From contig JBGAGY010000006.1 of the NCBI GenBank assembly GCA_044226485.1, positions 253,941 to 317,940 on the forward strand: a stretch of 64,000 nt of DNA, given 5' to 3'. Made by a program: the position numbers and the translations under genes. Each line of letters opens with the position of its first letter. Within the stretch, counting starts at the first letter, position 1. Shown in pieces: positions 8,371 through 16,812 of this stretch. Under the pieces are notes generated by a model. It was not told the origin of the DNA. It saw only the letters and a program-made list of their open reading frames with translations, and searched no databases. Source of the DNA: Anaerolineales bacterium. Lineage in GTDB: Bacteria > Chloroflexota > Anaerolineae > Anaerolineales > UBA6663.

Positions 8371-10068
8371 TCATCGTGCTCGCGCGAGATCTCCGATGAG
8401 TTCGTGCCAGAAGGCCCCGACAGCCTCGGCCCGGCGAGACTGCGCCAGCTCGTGGCCAGCCCGTGCCAGCTCACCGCGCCAGGCGTTCTCGTCGACGAGG
8501 CGGTTCAACTGTGTGGTCCACTCGTCGGTCGTCGCGCAGAACACGCCGCCCGAGGCCCACTCAGCCAGCGCCGGCGCCGGGCTCGCGGCAAAGGGCAGGC
8601 TGCGCGCCCCGGCTTCCATGAGGCGCTGGTCACTCCCGATGCAGGCCCAGGCCTCGTGTCGCACCGGCGCCATGAGCACGTCAAAGTGCGCCAGTAAGTA
8701 CGGGTAGTCGTCGGGGCCGACCATCGGCAGGAAGAGCTTACGCGGCTCGGGCACGTCGTCGAAGAGCTGATAGGCCGTCGGCGAGCCCGCGATGGCCAGG
8801 TGGACATGGGGTCGTGACTTGATCACGGCGCAGATCGCGTCATGGATGCTGACGAGGTCCAGATCCTGGCTCGGATCGCCGACCCAGCCGAGCACCGTTC
8901 CGGCGTGGGCGGGCGCTGGCCGCGTCCACCACGCGTTGGCCGGCGACCACGCGCTCGGCGCCACGGCCGTCCGGCGGCAGCGCGAGGACAGCGCTGCAGC
9001 GAGATGCGTGCTCGCTGTCGTCACGAGGTCGGCCTGCGCGAGCACCAGTTCCAGGTTGCCCAGCGCTTCGCGGCTTGCCAGGTATGAGCGTCGCGGGTGA
9101 TCGGCGGGGAGGGCGAAGTCATCGCAGACCACGTCGACGATGATCTTTCGGCCGGCGGACTGCGCGCGCTTGAAGGTATGCATCAGCTCGCTCGAGAGAT
9201 GCGGGCGGCTGAAGACGAGCACGTCGAATTGATTGAGATCGTCGGCGTCGGGCGTGCGCGTGAGCTTGACGCGGTGTCGCCGGTCGGCGAGTGCATTGGC
9301 GGGGACGCCAAGGCGCGTGGCATCGCTCGATTCGCCGGTGCCGTAGAAAGCCACAGCAGCCGGGTGGGTCGGCGCCTGGTTTCCCGACGTTCCGTTGGGC
9401 GTGGACGTCGCGGGCGCCTGGCGCGCAGATGCCTTGAGCCGCGCGAGCTTGTCGCTCAGGTCGGGCCGCGCCAGCACGGCTTCTGGTTGAGCCGGAGCGA
9501 CGCGAGCCAGAGCGGTCTGGAACTCGGGCTCGGTCGGGCACAGCGAAACAGCCTGTCGATACAGCGCGCGCGCCGACTCGAGATCCTCAACCTCCTCGTA
9601 GCATGTGCCCAGGAGATGCAGGGCTTCGGCGTCGTCGGGCACTGAGCGAACGCGGCTCACCAGCAAGGCGACGCCTTCCTGAAGCCGATCCAGGTCAAGG
9701 TACAGTTGCGCCAGGTTGCGTGTAGCGGCGCCGTGTTCGGGATCCTGCTCGAGCGCACTCAAGAACGCCGACTCCGCGGCTTCTGCCTGGCCGTTGAGCG
9801 CGCAGGCAAAGCCGAGGTTGTTGTACATTTCGGCGTTGTTCGGCGCCAGCTGCACTGCGTGTTGGAACTCGCCGAGCGCGTCGGGAAGACGACCCAGGCG
9901 CAGAAGGCTGATCCCCAGGCCCGTGGCCACGCCGGCGTCATGCGGCGCCAGGATCCGGGCTTGAGCGAGATGCTGCTGAGCGGTGGCCCAGTCTCCAGCG
10001 CCGGCACTGGCGTCGGCACTGTTGAGCAAGGACTGTAGGTCGAAGGTTGCAGTGGTCATGGCAGGCAC
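8371..10068 (-). CDS. TPR-repeat protein fused to a GT-B-fold glycosyltransferase-like C-terminal domain, paralog of 6597..8327
   Basis: N-terminal ~200 aa of TPR repeats (AEMYNNLGFACALNGQAEAAESAFLSALEQDPEH...). C-terminal domain is colinear with the two downstream paralogs. First gene of the operon, with a 213-bp promoter region upstream. Confidence 0.7.
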   Translation of the reverse strand: MPAMTTATFDLQSLLNSADASAGAGDWATAQQHLAQARILAPHDAGVATGLGISLLRLGRLPDALGEFQHAVQLAPNNAEMYNNLGFACALNGQAEAAESAFLSALEQDPEHGAATRNLAQLYLDLDRLQEGVALLVSRVRSVPDDAEALHLLGTCYEEVEDLESARALYRQAVSLCPTEPEFQTALARVAPAQPEAVLARPDLSDKLARLKASARQAPATSTPNGTSGNQAPTHPAAVAFYGTGESSDATRLGVPANALADRRHRVKLTRTPDADDLNQFDVLVFSRPHLSSELMHTFKRAQSAGRKIIVDVVCDDFALPADHPRRSYLASREALGNLELVLAQADLVTTASTHLAAALSSRCRRTAVAPSAWSPANAWWTRPAPAHAGTVLGWVGDPSQDLDLVSIHDAICAVIKSRPHVHLAIAGSPTAYQLFDDVPEPRKLFLPMVGPDDYPYLLAHFDVLMAPVRHEAWACIGSDQRLMEAGARSLPFAASPAPALAEWASGGVFCATTDEWTTQLNRLVDENAWRGELARAGHELAQSRRAEAVGAFWHELIGDLARAR

Positions 10069-10221
10069 CCGGCCGGAGCGGCGTCCGGCGAAAGACCCGT
10101 GCCAGCCTCATGCGGCTCGGGCAGTTCTCACTCTACGGCCCGCGGCGGCCCATCGCCATAAACCACGAGTGAACGGGCACTAAACCAGGGGTGAATTGCG
10201 AGGACGGGCGCTGAAGTAGGG

Positions 10222-10258
10222 GGGAAAACGGACGGGCCAGGCATTTGCCTGGCCCGTC
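10222..10258 (-). terminator. intrinsic terminator for the FTR1/ABC transcription unit
   Basis: Perfect 12-bp stem gacgggccaggc/gcctggcccgtc with a 4-nt loop, followed on the minus strand by TTTTC. Sits directly 3' of the FTR1 stop. Confidence 0.6.
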
Positions 10259-10281
10259 GAGGAGACGTAAAGCGGGTTGGA

Positions 10282-11133
10282 TCAGGAGCCGGTCGCCAAC
10301 GCGGCCCGGTGCGTCTTTCGGGCGATGCGGCGATCGATCCACCAGCGCATGCCGAACAGCGTGGCCAACCAGTAGGCCACGTACACGATGACCGATTCGA
10401 TCGAGGGGCTGGCCTGATAGCCGAACACGATCGACGCGACCTGACCGACCGGGGACTCTTCAGACAACGCGCCGCTCAGATCCCACACATGCTCGCTGGC
10501 GGTGGGCAGCACGCCGGCCTCCTGGAACTCATGCACGCCGCGCGCCAGAAGCCCGGCCGCGAAGGCCAGCAGGAGCAGGCTGGTGACCGAGAAGAAAAGG
10601 CTCAGATTCAGACGGATCGTCGACGCGTAGATGAGCGCGCCAAGCACAGCGGCCAAAACTAACCCGATGGCGGCGCCGGCCAGCGCACCGACGGCATCGG
10701 TGGTGAACGCCGCGGCTGACAGCAGGAGCGCGGTCTCGACGCCCTCGCGGAACACCGCCAGGAACGCGACGGCCGCGAGGCCCCAGCCTGCGCCACCGCC
10801 GATGGCCGTCTGCATTTGGGTCTCGAGCGACGATTTCATGGTGCGCGCCTGAGTCCGCATCCACATGACCATCCAGGTCAGCACGACTACGGCCAGGACC
10901 ATGGCGGTGCCCTCGAAGATCGCTTCGGCCGGGCCTTCGAGTTCCGCGCCTGCGATCTGGATGCCGACCGCGAGCGCCACGCTCAGCGCGATCGCGCCGA
11001 ACACGCCGATCCAGATCTGTCGCCCATGAGCCGACTGCCCGGTCTTCTTCAAATAGCCGAGCATGATCCCGACGATCAAAGCCGCCTCGAGACCTTCACG
11101 GAGCGCGATCAACAAAGTCACCAGCATAGTCAT
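10282..11133 (-). CDS. FTR1/EfeU-family high-affinity iron permease
   Basis: Two REGLE/REGVE motifs (ALREGLEAAL, VFREGVETALL) within multi-pass hydrophobic segments. Confidence 0.8.
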   Translation of the reverse strand: MTMLVTLLIALREGLEAALIVGIMLGYLKKTGQSAHGRQIWIGVFGAIALSVALAVGIQIAGAELEGPAEAIFEGTAMVLAVVVLTWMVMWMRTQARTMKSSLETQMQTAIGGGAGWGLAAVAFLAVFREGVETALLLSAAAFTTDAVGALAGAAIGLVLAAVLGALIYASTIRLNLSLFFSVTSLLLLAFAAGLLARGVHEFQEAGVLPTASEHVWDLSGALSEESPVGQVASIVFGYQASPSIESVIVYVAYWLATLFGMRWWIDRRIARKTHRAALATGS

Positions 11134-11272
11134 CCCTCGTCAGACGAATGGATGCACTATACGGATGGAATCGCTCCAAATCAAGGTGAGGGCGTCAAGT
11201 TCGCTTTTGCGCGCGAGCGAGAACCAATTTGACGTCAGTCAAAAACGACCGACCCGACGAACCTGGTGCATC

Positions 11273-12130
11273 CTACAGATCGCGCCGCGAGAACCAGCGG
11301 ACGCCGATGAGCACGGCCACGACGGCATAACCGATGCCGTAGTAGACCATCAGCGGGCTGGGCGGGGATCCGAGGCCCGAGAGCGGGGTGACGCTGCCGA
11401 CAGTTTGAGTCAGCGCCGAACTCATCTCGAAGGCCGCGCGGCGCCAGATGGCCTCGGTCGGCACGACAAGACTCGAGAAGATGCCGATGTTGATGGCCGT
11501 CTGGTTCTGGAGGATGGCGCCGACCTGTTCGACCATGCTTCCGATGAACCCGAGGCCGTAGAGGCCGAAGATGACGCCGCCCGTGGCAAGCGCCGACAAC
11601 CGGCTCGAACACATCAGCGTGATCGACATGACGATCAGGCTGATCAGATAGATCAGCGGCAGCCCCTGAACGAGGCCCACGATGACGTAGTTCGCCTGCA
11701 GCCACATGCCGACGGCCACGCCCGCATCCATCGCCGCCTGGTACACCGCGAGCATGAGCGCGAAGCCCAGCCACTTGCCGGCCACGACGTGCCAGCGCGC
11801 GATCGGCTTGGTGACGATCGACTGAATGGCCCCCGACCCGATCTCGCCCGCCAACGTGTCGGCGGCGAGCAGTGCGCCGAGGGCCAGCGACAGGAAGTTG
11901 ATGGCATACATGCCGGCCAGCGAGAGGAAGTTCAAGATGCCGCGTTGAAAAACCTCTTGCTCAGGGCCGCCGGTCACATTGGGGCCGCGCCAATCGTTCA
12001 AGATGAAGTAGAGGGCGGCGTTGTAGATCAGGATGAAGGCAAGTCCGAGGACGAAGGCCGCAAGGGCGATCCTCCGGCGCACAGCCTCTCGAAACGTCAA
12101 CCCCGCGATGGTGAATATGGCGTTCAGCAT
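11273..12130 (-). CDS. ABC-2 type exporter permease
   Basis: Polytopic membrane protein immediately downstream of an ABC ATPase. Start set at MLNAIFTIAG, 22 codons inside the track ORF. Confidence 0.6.
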   Translation of the reverse strand: MLNAIFTIAGLTFREAVRRRIALAAFVLGLAFILIYNAALYFILNDWRGPNVTGGPEQEVFQRGILNFLSLAGMYAINFLSLALGALLAADTLAGEIGSGAIQSIVTKPIARWHVVAGKWLGFALMLAVYQAAMDAGVAVGMWLQANYVIVGLVQGLPLIYLISLIVMSITLMCSSRLSALATGGVIFGLYGLGFIGSMVEQVGAILQNQTAINIGIFSSLVVPTEAIWRRAAFEMSSALTQTVGSVTPLSGLGSPPSPLMVYYGIGYAVVAVLIGVRWFSRRDL

Positions 12131-12212
12131 GGGTGATTGGATTCTGTCATTCGTCTTTTTGCGACAGGCCATTGACCGTTCAATGACCGATCGCAAAGGA
12201 CCGATGACCCTG

Positions 12213-13106
12213 TCAAAGCACGCCTTCCGTGCCGACGGTGCGGATGAAGATCTCTTCGAGCGACAGTCGTTGCGGCGTCAAAGCATAGACGTCAACGCCT
12301 TGCGAAACCAGATAGCGTGCGATCTCAGGCAGCGCCGCTTCGCCGCCGGGCAGAACGAGCGTAGCCTGCTCACCGTCGGCGCGGATACCCGTGGCCCACG
12401 ACTCGAGCCCGGTCAACACGGCCGGCGTCAGGCCGCGGGCGCGCAGGGTGGCCTGCACCTCGCCCTGGGCCAGGTCATGCAGCGCTTCGGTGCGTATGAC
12501 CTCGCCATGTTGAATAAAGGCGACCCTGTCGCACGTGACTTCGATCTCGCCCAACAGATGGCTGTTCAGAAAGACTGTGGTGCCCTCGCCGCGCAGCTCG
12601 CGGATCATGTCGCGCACCAGGCGCCTGCCGACGGGGTCGAGCCCCGACGTCGGCTCGTCAAGGAAGACGAGATCCGGCTTGTTGATCAGAGCCTGGGCCA
12701 GCCCGACCCGCTGCAGCATGCCCTTCGAATACGTCCGCAGTTGTTTGCCTCGAAAGGGGCTCAACCCGACCCGATCGAGCAGATCGTCGATCCGGCGCTT
12801 CAGTGACGCGGCGTTCATGCCGTGCAGCTGACCATGAAGCGTCAGGAACTCCTGGGCGGTGAGCCAATCGTGGAAGCGAAAGTGCTCGGGCAGGAACCCG
12901 ACCCGGCCGCGAGTGGCCTGGTTGCCGAGGGGCATCCCCAACAGCCTTCCGCCTCCGCTCGTCGGCGCGACGAGGCCGAGCAGCATCTTGATCGATGTCG
13001 TCTTGCCGGCGCCGTTCGGGCCGAGGAAGCCGAACACTTCGGCCCGTTGAACCTCCAGGCTCAAACCGCGGACGGCCACCTGCGGCCCGAACTCCTTGCG
13101 CAGCAA
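12213..13106 (-). CDS. ABC transporter ATP-binding protein
   Basis: Walker A GPNGAGKTT, signature LSKGMLQRV, Walker B LVFLDEPTSGLD. The start appears to be TTG; the N-terminus may lie a few codons upstream. Confidence 0.85.
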   Translation of the reverse strand: MLRKEFGPQVAVRGLSLEVQRAEVFGFLGPNGAGKTTSIKMLLGLVAPTSGGGRLLGMPLGNQATRGRVGFLPEHFRFHDWLTAQEFLTLHGQLHGMNAASLKRRIDDLLDRVGLSPFRGKQLRTYSKGMLQRVGLAQALINKPDLVFLDEPTSGLDPVGRRLVRDMIRELRGEGTTVFLNSHLLGEIEVTCDRVAFIQHGEVIRTEALHDLAQGEVQATLRARGLTPAVLTGLESWATGIRADGEQATLVLPGGEAALPEIARYLVSQGVDVYALTPQRLSLEEIFIRTVGTEGVL

Positions 13107-13247
13107 GTTGGTCTGGTTGGCCTGGTCGGTCTTTGGGAGATCATATTCCGGTTTGGTGGGGGACCTGATGGCGACGGGCGATGGACGTGTGACGTAGATG
13201 GACCAGCCGGTCCGCCTCAGTCACTCGTCCTTCGCCGTTCGTCGGGA

Positions 13248-14411
13248 TTATTTGAGGCTATTCGCCAGTGCCAACCCTGCGTCGGCGCCATTGGACCCGA
13301 TGACGGCGTAGAGGAAGCCATCCTTGGTCCAGACGATGGTGTACATGTCTGGCGACTTGGCCTTGTCGACGGCCGTGATCAGTTTGCCCGGCACGCCATC
13401 GACGACGACATCCTGCGAGGCTGCGGCCTGGCTCGGCAGCGGCACGACAAGGGTGGTGCCCCAGTCGAACTGGGCGGCCGTCTGACGGGCCTCGGCGTCG
13501 CTCATGCCCGTGATCTGGAGCGCGAGGACGGCGAGCTCAGCCGGGTCGAAAGGTTTGTCGCTCGTCACCGACGGGCTCGGCATCTGTTGCACGAGCACGC
13601 AATCGACGTTGGTCAGGTCGACCTCTTCGTCGCCACGCCGCTGAGTATCGAGACGCGGGCATGTGCCGTAGGCAGTCGACACGGCGTTCGGGATCTTGAC
13701 GGTCAGCGCCGCGCCATCAGCTGCGGTCGGGAAGGTGAGGTCCGGCCGGCCCAGGTCCGTCAGGATCGACTGCGCGCGCGCCGCGCTCAGGGTCATCACG
13801 AACTCGCTGCCACCGCGCACGACGTGCTGCACGAAGGATTGATCCGCCACACGCACGGTGAACCCGGCAAGTTCGGAGGCCCGGGCCGTATCGGTCGTGG
13901 TCTCGAGAAGATCGCTTTCGCTGCGGACCTCGACCGAGTCGGCGATGGCCTGCGAGGCGCGCCGCATCGAGGCCGAGTTGTTGTCGAAAGCTACGCTGTC
14001 GAACCGGTTGAAGTCGATGGGCAGGGTGGCCACCTGCTGGACCCGGAACAGCGCCAGGAACTGGCTGAACGCCTGTTGGACAGGCGTGAACGAGAAGGCC
14101 ACGGCGATCACAGCGACGCCAAGGCCTGTCAACAGAAGCGGTCGTAGCCGCGTGATAATCGAACGGAACATGTTGGTCTCCTTCATTTGATACTCGCGTT
14201 GAAAACGACGCCAGGCAGCGGCGGCTGGTAGCGGCGTCGACTCGGCGCTGGCCAGGGACCTCAGTTGTCCCTGGATCACCGAGCTCCGACCCACCACCTG
14301 CGCGAGCCGGGCACGACACTCGGCACATTGCTCGAGATGACGCGCTCCTTCAGCATCCAGTTGTCCATCCAGGTGAGCGCGCAAAGCGCCGTCGTCGAGG
14401 TGTGTCATCAT
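13248..14411 (-). CDS. anti-sigma factor (zf-HC2 type) with one transmembrane helix and a large extracytoplasmic domain
   Basis: HLEQCAECRARLAQ zinc-finger motif near the N-terminus, then a TM helix (LLLTGLGVAVIAVAF) and a ~280-aa periplasmic domain. ATGATG start overlaps the sigma-factor stop (ATGA). Confidence 0.7.
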   Translation of the reverse strand: MMTHLDDGALRAHLDGQLDAEGARHLEQCAECRARLAQVVGRSSVIQGQLRSLASAESTPLPAAAAWRRFQREYQMKETNMFRSIITRLRPLLLTGLGVAVIAVAFSFTPVQQAFSQFLALFRVQQVATLPIDFNRFDSVAFDNNSASMRRASQAIADSVEVRSESDLLETTTDTARASELAGFTVRVADQSFVQHVVRGGSEFVMTLSAARAQSILTDLGRPDLTFPTAADGAALTVKIPNAVSTAYGTCPRLDTQRRGDEEVDLTNVDCVLVQQMPSPSVTSDKPFDPAELAVLALQITGMSDAEARQTAAQFDWGTTLVVPLPSQAAASQDVVVDGVPGKLITAVDKAKSPDMYTIVWTKDGFLYAVIGSNGADAGLALANSLK

Positions 14412-14971
14412 CTCGTTCCCCCGTCTCGTTCTTCCTGTCGGCGCCATTGCGCCTCGAACGCGGCCTCGGCTCGAACCAGAAGTGTGCCCACCGAACCGGG
14501 CGCCACTTTCAAGGCGTCTGCGATCTCCTGATACGAATAGCCTGAGTGCCGCAGCATGAGCAATTGCCCGTCCCGCTCCGGCAGTGCCGCCAGCGCCGCT
14601 CGGACTCGATTGGCCTGATCGCGGTCGGCCGCGACGGCCTCGGGCGCAACGGCCTCAGCCTCGTCGGCCCAGGCCTGGCCGCCGGTCGTCTCGTAACCCT
14701 GGCGGCGCCTCCGCGCCCGCAGCGCGTTGAAGCCCAGGTTCATGGCCACCCGGTGCAGCCAACCGCCGACGCCGCTGCCGCGGTCTTGCGGTGGCCGGCG
14801 ATACAGCCTCCAAAACGCCTCGAGGGCCAGATCCTCGGCTTCATCGGAATCGCCGACCAGGCGGGTCAGGGTCGCATGGATGCGCGGCCACATCGCCAAA
14901 AAGACCCGTTCGAACGCGTCATCCGGGCCGTTTCCGTCAGCCAGGCCGGTTTGCTCCAAGTCGATGGCCAT
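14408..14971 (-). CDS. ECF (sigma-70 family, group 4) RNA polymerase sigma factor
   Basis: Region 2 (DLALEAFWRLYRR) and region 4 HTH (YSYQEIADALKVAPGSVGTLLVRAEAAF). Translationally coupled to the downstream anti-sigma gene. Confidence 0.85.
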   Translation of the reverse strand: MAIDLEQTGLADGNGPDDAFERVFLAMWPRIHATLTRLVGDSDEAEDLALEAFWRLYRRPPQDRGSGVGGWLHRVAMNLGFNALRARRRRQGYETTGGQAWADEAEAVAPEAVAADRDQANRVRAALAALPERDGQLLMLRHSGYSYQEIADALKVAPGSVGTLLVRAEAAFEAQWRRQEERDGGTR

Positions 14972-15118
14972 CTTCTACCTATATCACACCGCCCGCCCGA
15001 CGTTTGTGACGGATGGGTCTGGCCAGTATGAGCCCAAAACGCCTGCCCATATGTGATACTTTCGAGAGCGTCGCCTTCGCCCCGATCGACGCCGTGGCGC
15101 AGGCTGATTGGAGGACCC

Positions 15119-16078
15119 ATGAAATACGGGCAGGTCGCAGGCATTGCCAAGCCGATATCGCGCCTGGTCCAGGGGACCGTGATGATATCGGGCGAAGACC
15201 CTGAGCGCGAGTTCGCGTTGCTGGATGCCATCGCGTCTTTGGGCTGCAACACGTTCGATACGGCCCATGTGTACGGCAACGGCGCCAACGAGCGCGCCTT
15301 TGGCCGCTGGGTGCGCGACCGCGACCTGCGAGATCGAATCGTCATCCTGGCCAAGGGCGCTCACCACAACGCCGACCGTCGGCGCGTGACACCGTTCGAC
15401 ATCAGCGCAGACCTCTTCGACACGCTGGCCCGCTTTCAACTCGACTCGGTCGATCTCTACGTCCTCCATCGTGACGACCCGGCGGTGCCCGTTGGCCCCA
15501 TCGTCGAGGCCCTTCACTCTCACAAAGAAGCTGGACGCATCCAGGCCTACGGTGGTTCGAACTGGACCCACGAGCGGATCGCGGCCGCCAATGCTTACGC
15601 TGCCGAACATGGTCTGACGCCGTTCGCGGTCTCGAGCCCCAACCTCAGCCTGGCCGAACAGCTTCAGCCGCCGTGGGAGGGCTGCGTCAGCATCGGTGGC
15701 CCGTCGGGGGCCGCGGCGCGCGCGTACTACCAGCGGACCGGCCTGCCGATCTTTGCCTGGTCGAGCCTGGCCGGGGGCTTCTTTTCAGGTCGATTGCGCC
15801 GGGACAATCTCGGCACCTTCACGACCTACCTCGACAAGCTGGCCGTGACGTCGTATGCCGGACCCGACAACTTCGCCCGACTCGATCGAGCCGAGGAACT
15901 GGCGCAGCGGAAAGGCGTCAGCCTGCCGCGGGTGGCGCTCGCTTACGTGCACGCGCTGTCGCTCAACGTGTTCACGCTGGTGGGATGTCAGACGCCCGAG
16001 GAGTTCAGGGCCAACGCCGAAGCGCTGGACCTCGAGCTGACGGCTGACGAAGTTCGCTGGCTCGAGAGCGGCGACTAA
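15119..16078 (+). CDS. aldo/keto reductase family oxidoreductase
   Basis: GGAGG SD 4 nt before ATG 15119. AKR hallmarks (DTAHVYG, LDSVDLYVLHRDD, tyrosine in YGNG). Track ORF starts earlier at 15053. Confidence 0.8.
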   Translation: MKYGQVAGIAKPISRLVQGTVMISGEDPEREFALLDAIASLGCNTFDTAHVYGNGANERAFGRWVRDRDLRDRIVILAKGAHHNADRRRVTPFDISADLFDTLARFQLDSVDLYVLHRDDPAVPVGPIVEALHSHKEAGRIQAYGGSNWTHERIAAANAYAAEHGLTPFAVSSPNLSLAEQLQPPWEGCVSIGGPSGAAARAYYQRTGLPIFAWSSLAGGFFSGRLRRDNLGTFTTYLDKLAVTSYAGPDNFARLDRAEELAQRKGVSLPRVALAYVHALSLNVFTLVGCQTPEEFRANAEALDLELTADEVRWLESGD

Positions 16079-16584
16079 TCGTCGAACACGATGACGAGCC
16101 GGCCGTCGGCGTCGTAGTGGTAGTGAGCGGAGAAGGGCGCGTCAGCGTCGGCGTGCGCGAGCACCCGCGGGACGATCGTGGTCAGGTCCTCGACCAGATC
16201 GAGCGCGGCGAGCGAGCCGGGGCGCACCCATTCGAGCTGGCCCTCGGTCGACGCGATCACCGCGCGGCTCAGCGACCAGGCGCTGTACACGTACAGGCCG
16301 ATGCCGACGGGCTCGCCGGTGTGGATCGTGATCACGCCGCGCAGCCGAAGGTCGGCGACCTCCAGGCCGGTCTCCTCGCGGATCTCGCGCCGGGCCGCAG
16401 CGGTCGGGCTCTCGCCGGCCTCGACGTGCCCGCCGACCCCGTTGTACTTGCCGGCCCAGATGCGTTTGGTGGCGGCCCCGCGGAGCAGAAGCACCTCGTC
16501 GCCGTGGCGCACGAAGCAGAGCACACGCGGGATGATTTGAAAGCGGTGGCGCGAGACACCCACGCCCTGATCGGAGGCTGGCAT
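16075..16584 (-). CDS. NUDIX hydrolase
   Basis: Nudix box GHVEAGESPTAAARREIREETGL. Start set at MPASDQ (16584). The longer track ORF (to 16704) reads through the palindrome and is probably spurious. Confidence 0.75.
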   Translation of the reverse strand: MPASDQGVGVSRHRFQIIPRVLCFVRHGDEVLLLRGAATKRIWAGKYNGVGGHVEAGESPTAAARREIREETGLEVADLRLRGVITIHTGEPVGIGLYVYSAWSLSRAVIASTEGQLEWVRPGSLAALDLVEDLTTIVPRVLAHADADAPFSAHYHYDADGRLVIVFDD

Positions 16585-16598
16585 GGGCCGTTTTATAC

Positions 16599-16686
16599 CA
16601 GAAATCGGGAGTGTCCCGATGTCCCCCGATGTACAACCGGGGTGGCCACCAGACATCGGGGGACATCGGGACACTCCCGATTTCTG
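16599..16686. repeat. 88-bp region with perfect 34-bp inverted arms and a 20-nt spacer, carrying 4 copies of CCCGATGT/ACATCGGG, with a 5th copy at the downstream -10 region
   Basis: cagaaatcgggagtgtcccgatgtcccccgatgt ... acatcgggggacatcgggacactcccgatttctg. The arms are exact reverse complements. Located 15 nt upstream of the NUDIX start and 126 nt upstream of the divergent 16813 gene. Confidence 0.85.
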
Positions 16687-16812
16687 CTGGGCTCGCAACC
16701 GCAAAACGTCGTCTTGCGTAATAATCCCTGTGACACGGCCCCGACCAGCGGGCGCAGTTGCGCGCCCCGATGTAGAATACGGGCATCTGGTCCACTTGTG
16801 AGGAGCCTTGCA

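Noticed and set aside
10069-10281. Possible small RNA or riboswitch in the 213-bp leader of the six-gene GT operon
   Set aside because: Apart from the terminator hairpin belonging to the upstream FTR1 unit, I see no conserved riboswitch-like motif. This is probably just the operon promoter and 5' UTR.
11228-11241. TTGAC-n4-GTCAA / TGACGTCA palindrome upstream of the FTR1 gene as a defined regulator site
   Set aside because: It is short (8-14 bp) and could occur by chance. It is mentioned only as a possible operator inside the ECF/ABC/FTR1 finding.
13070-13110. Apparent 1-nt frame discrepancy between my manual indexing and the ORF-track coordinates of the ABC ATPase start (also seen near 36480)
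   Set aside because: The track ORFs are continuous and both flanking coordinates check out. This is most likely my own base-counting error in C-runs rather than a real frameshift or pseudogene, so I do not call a programmed frameshift.
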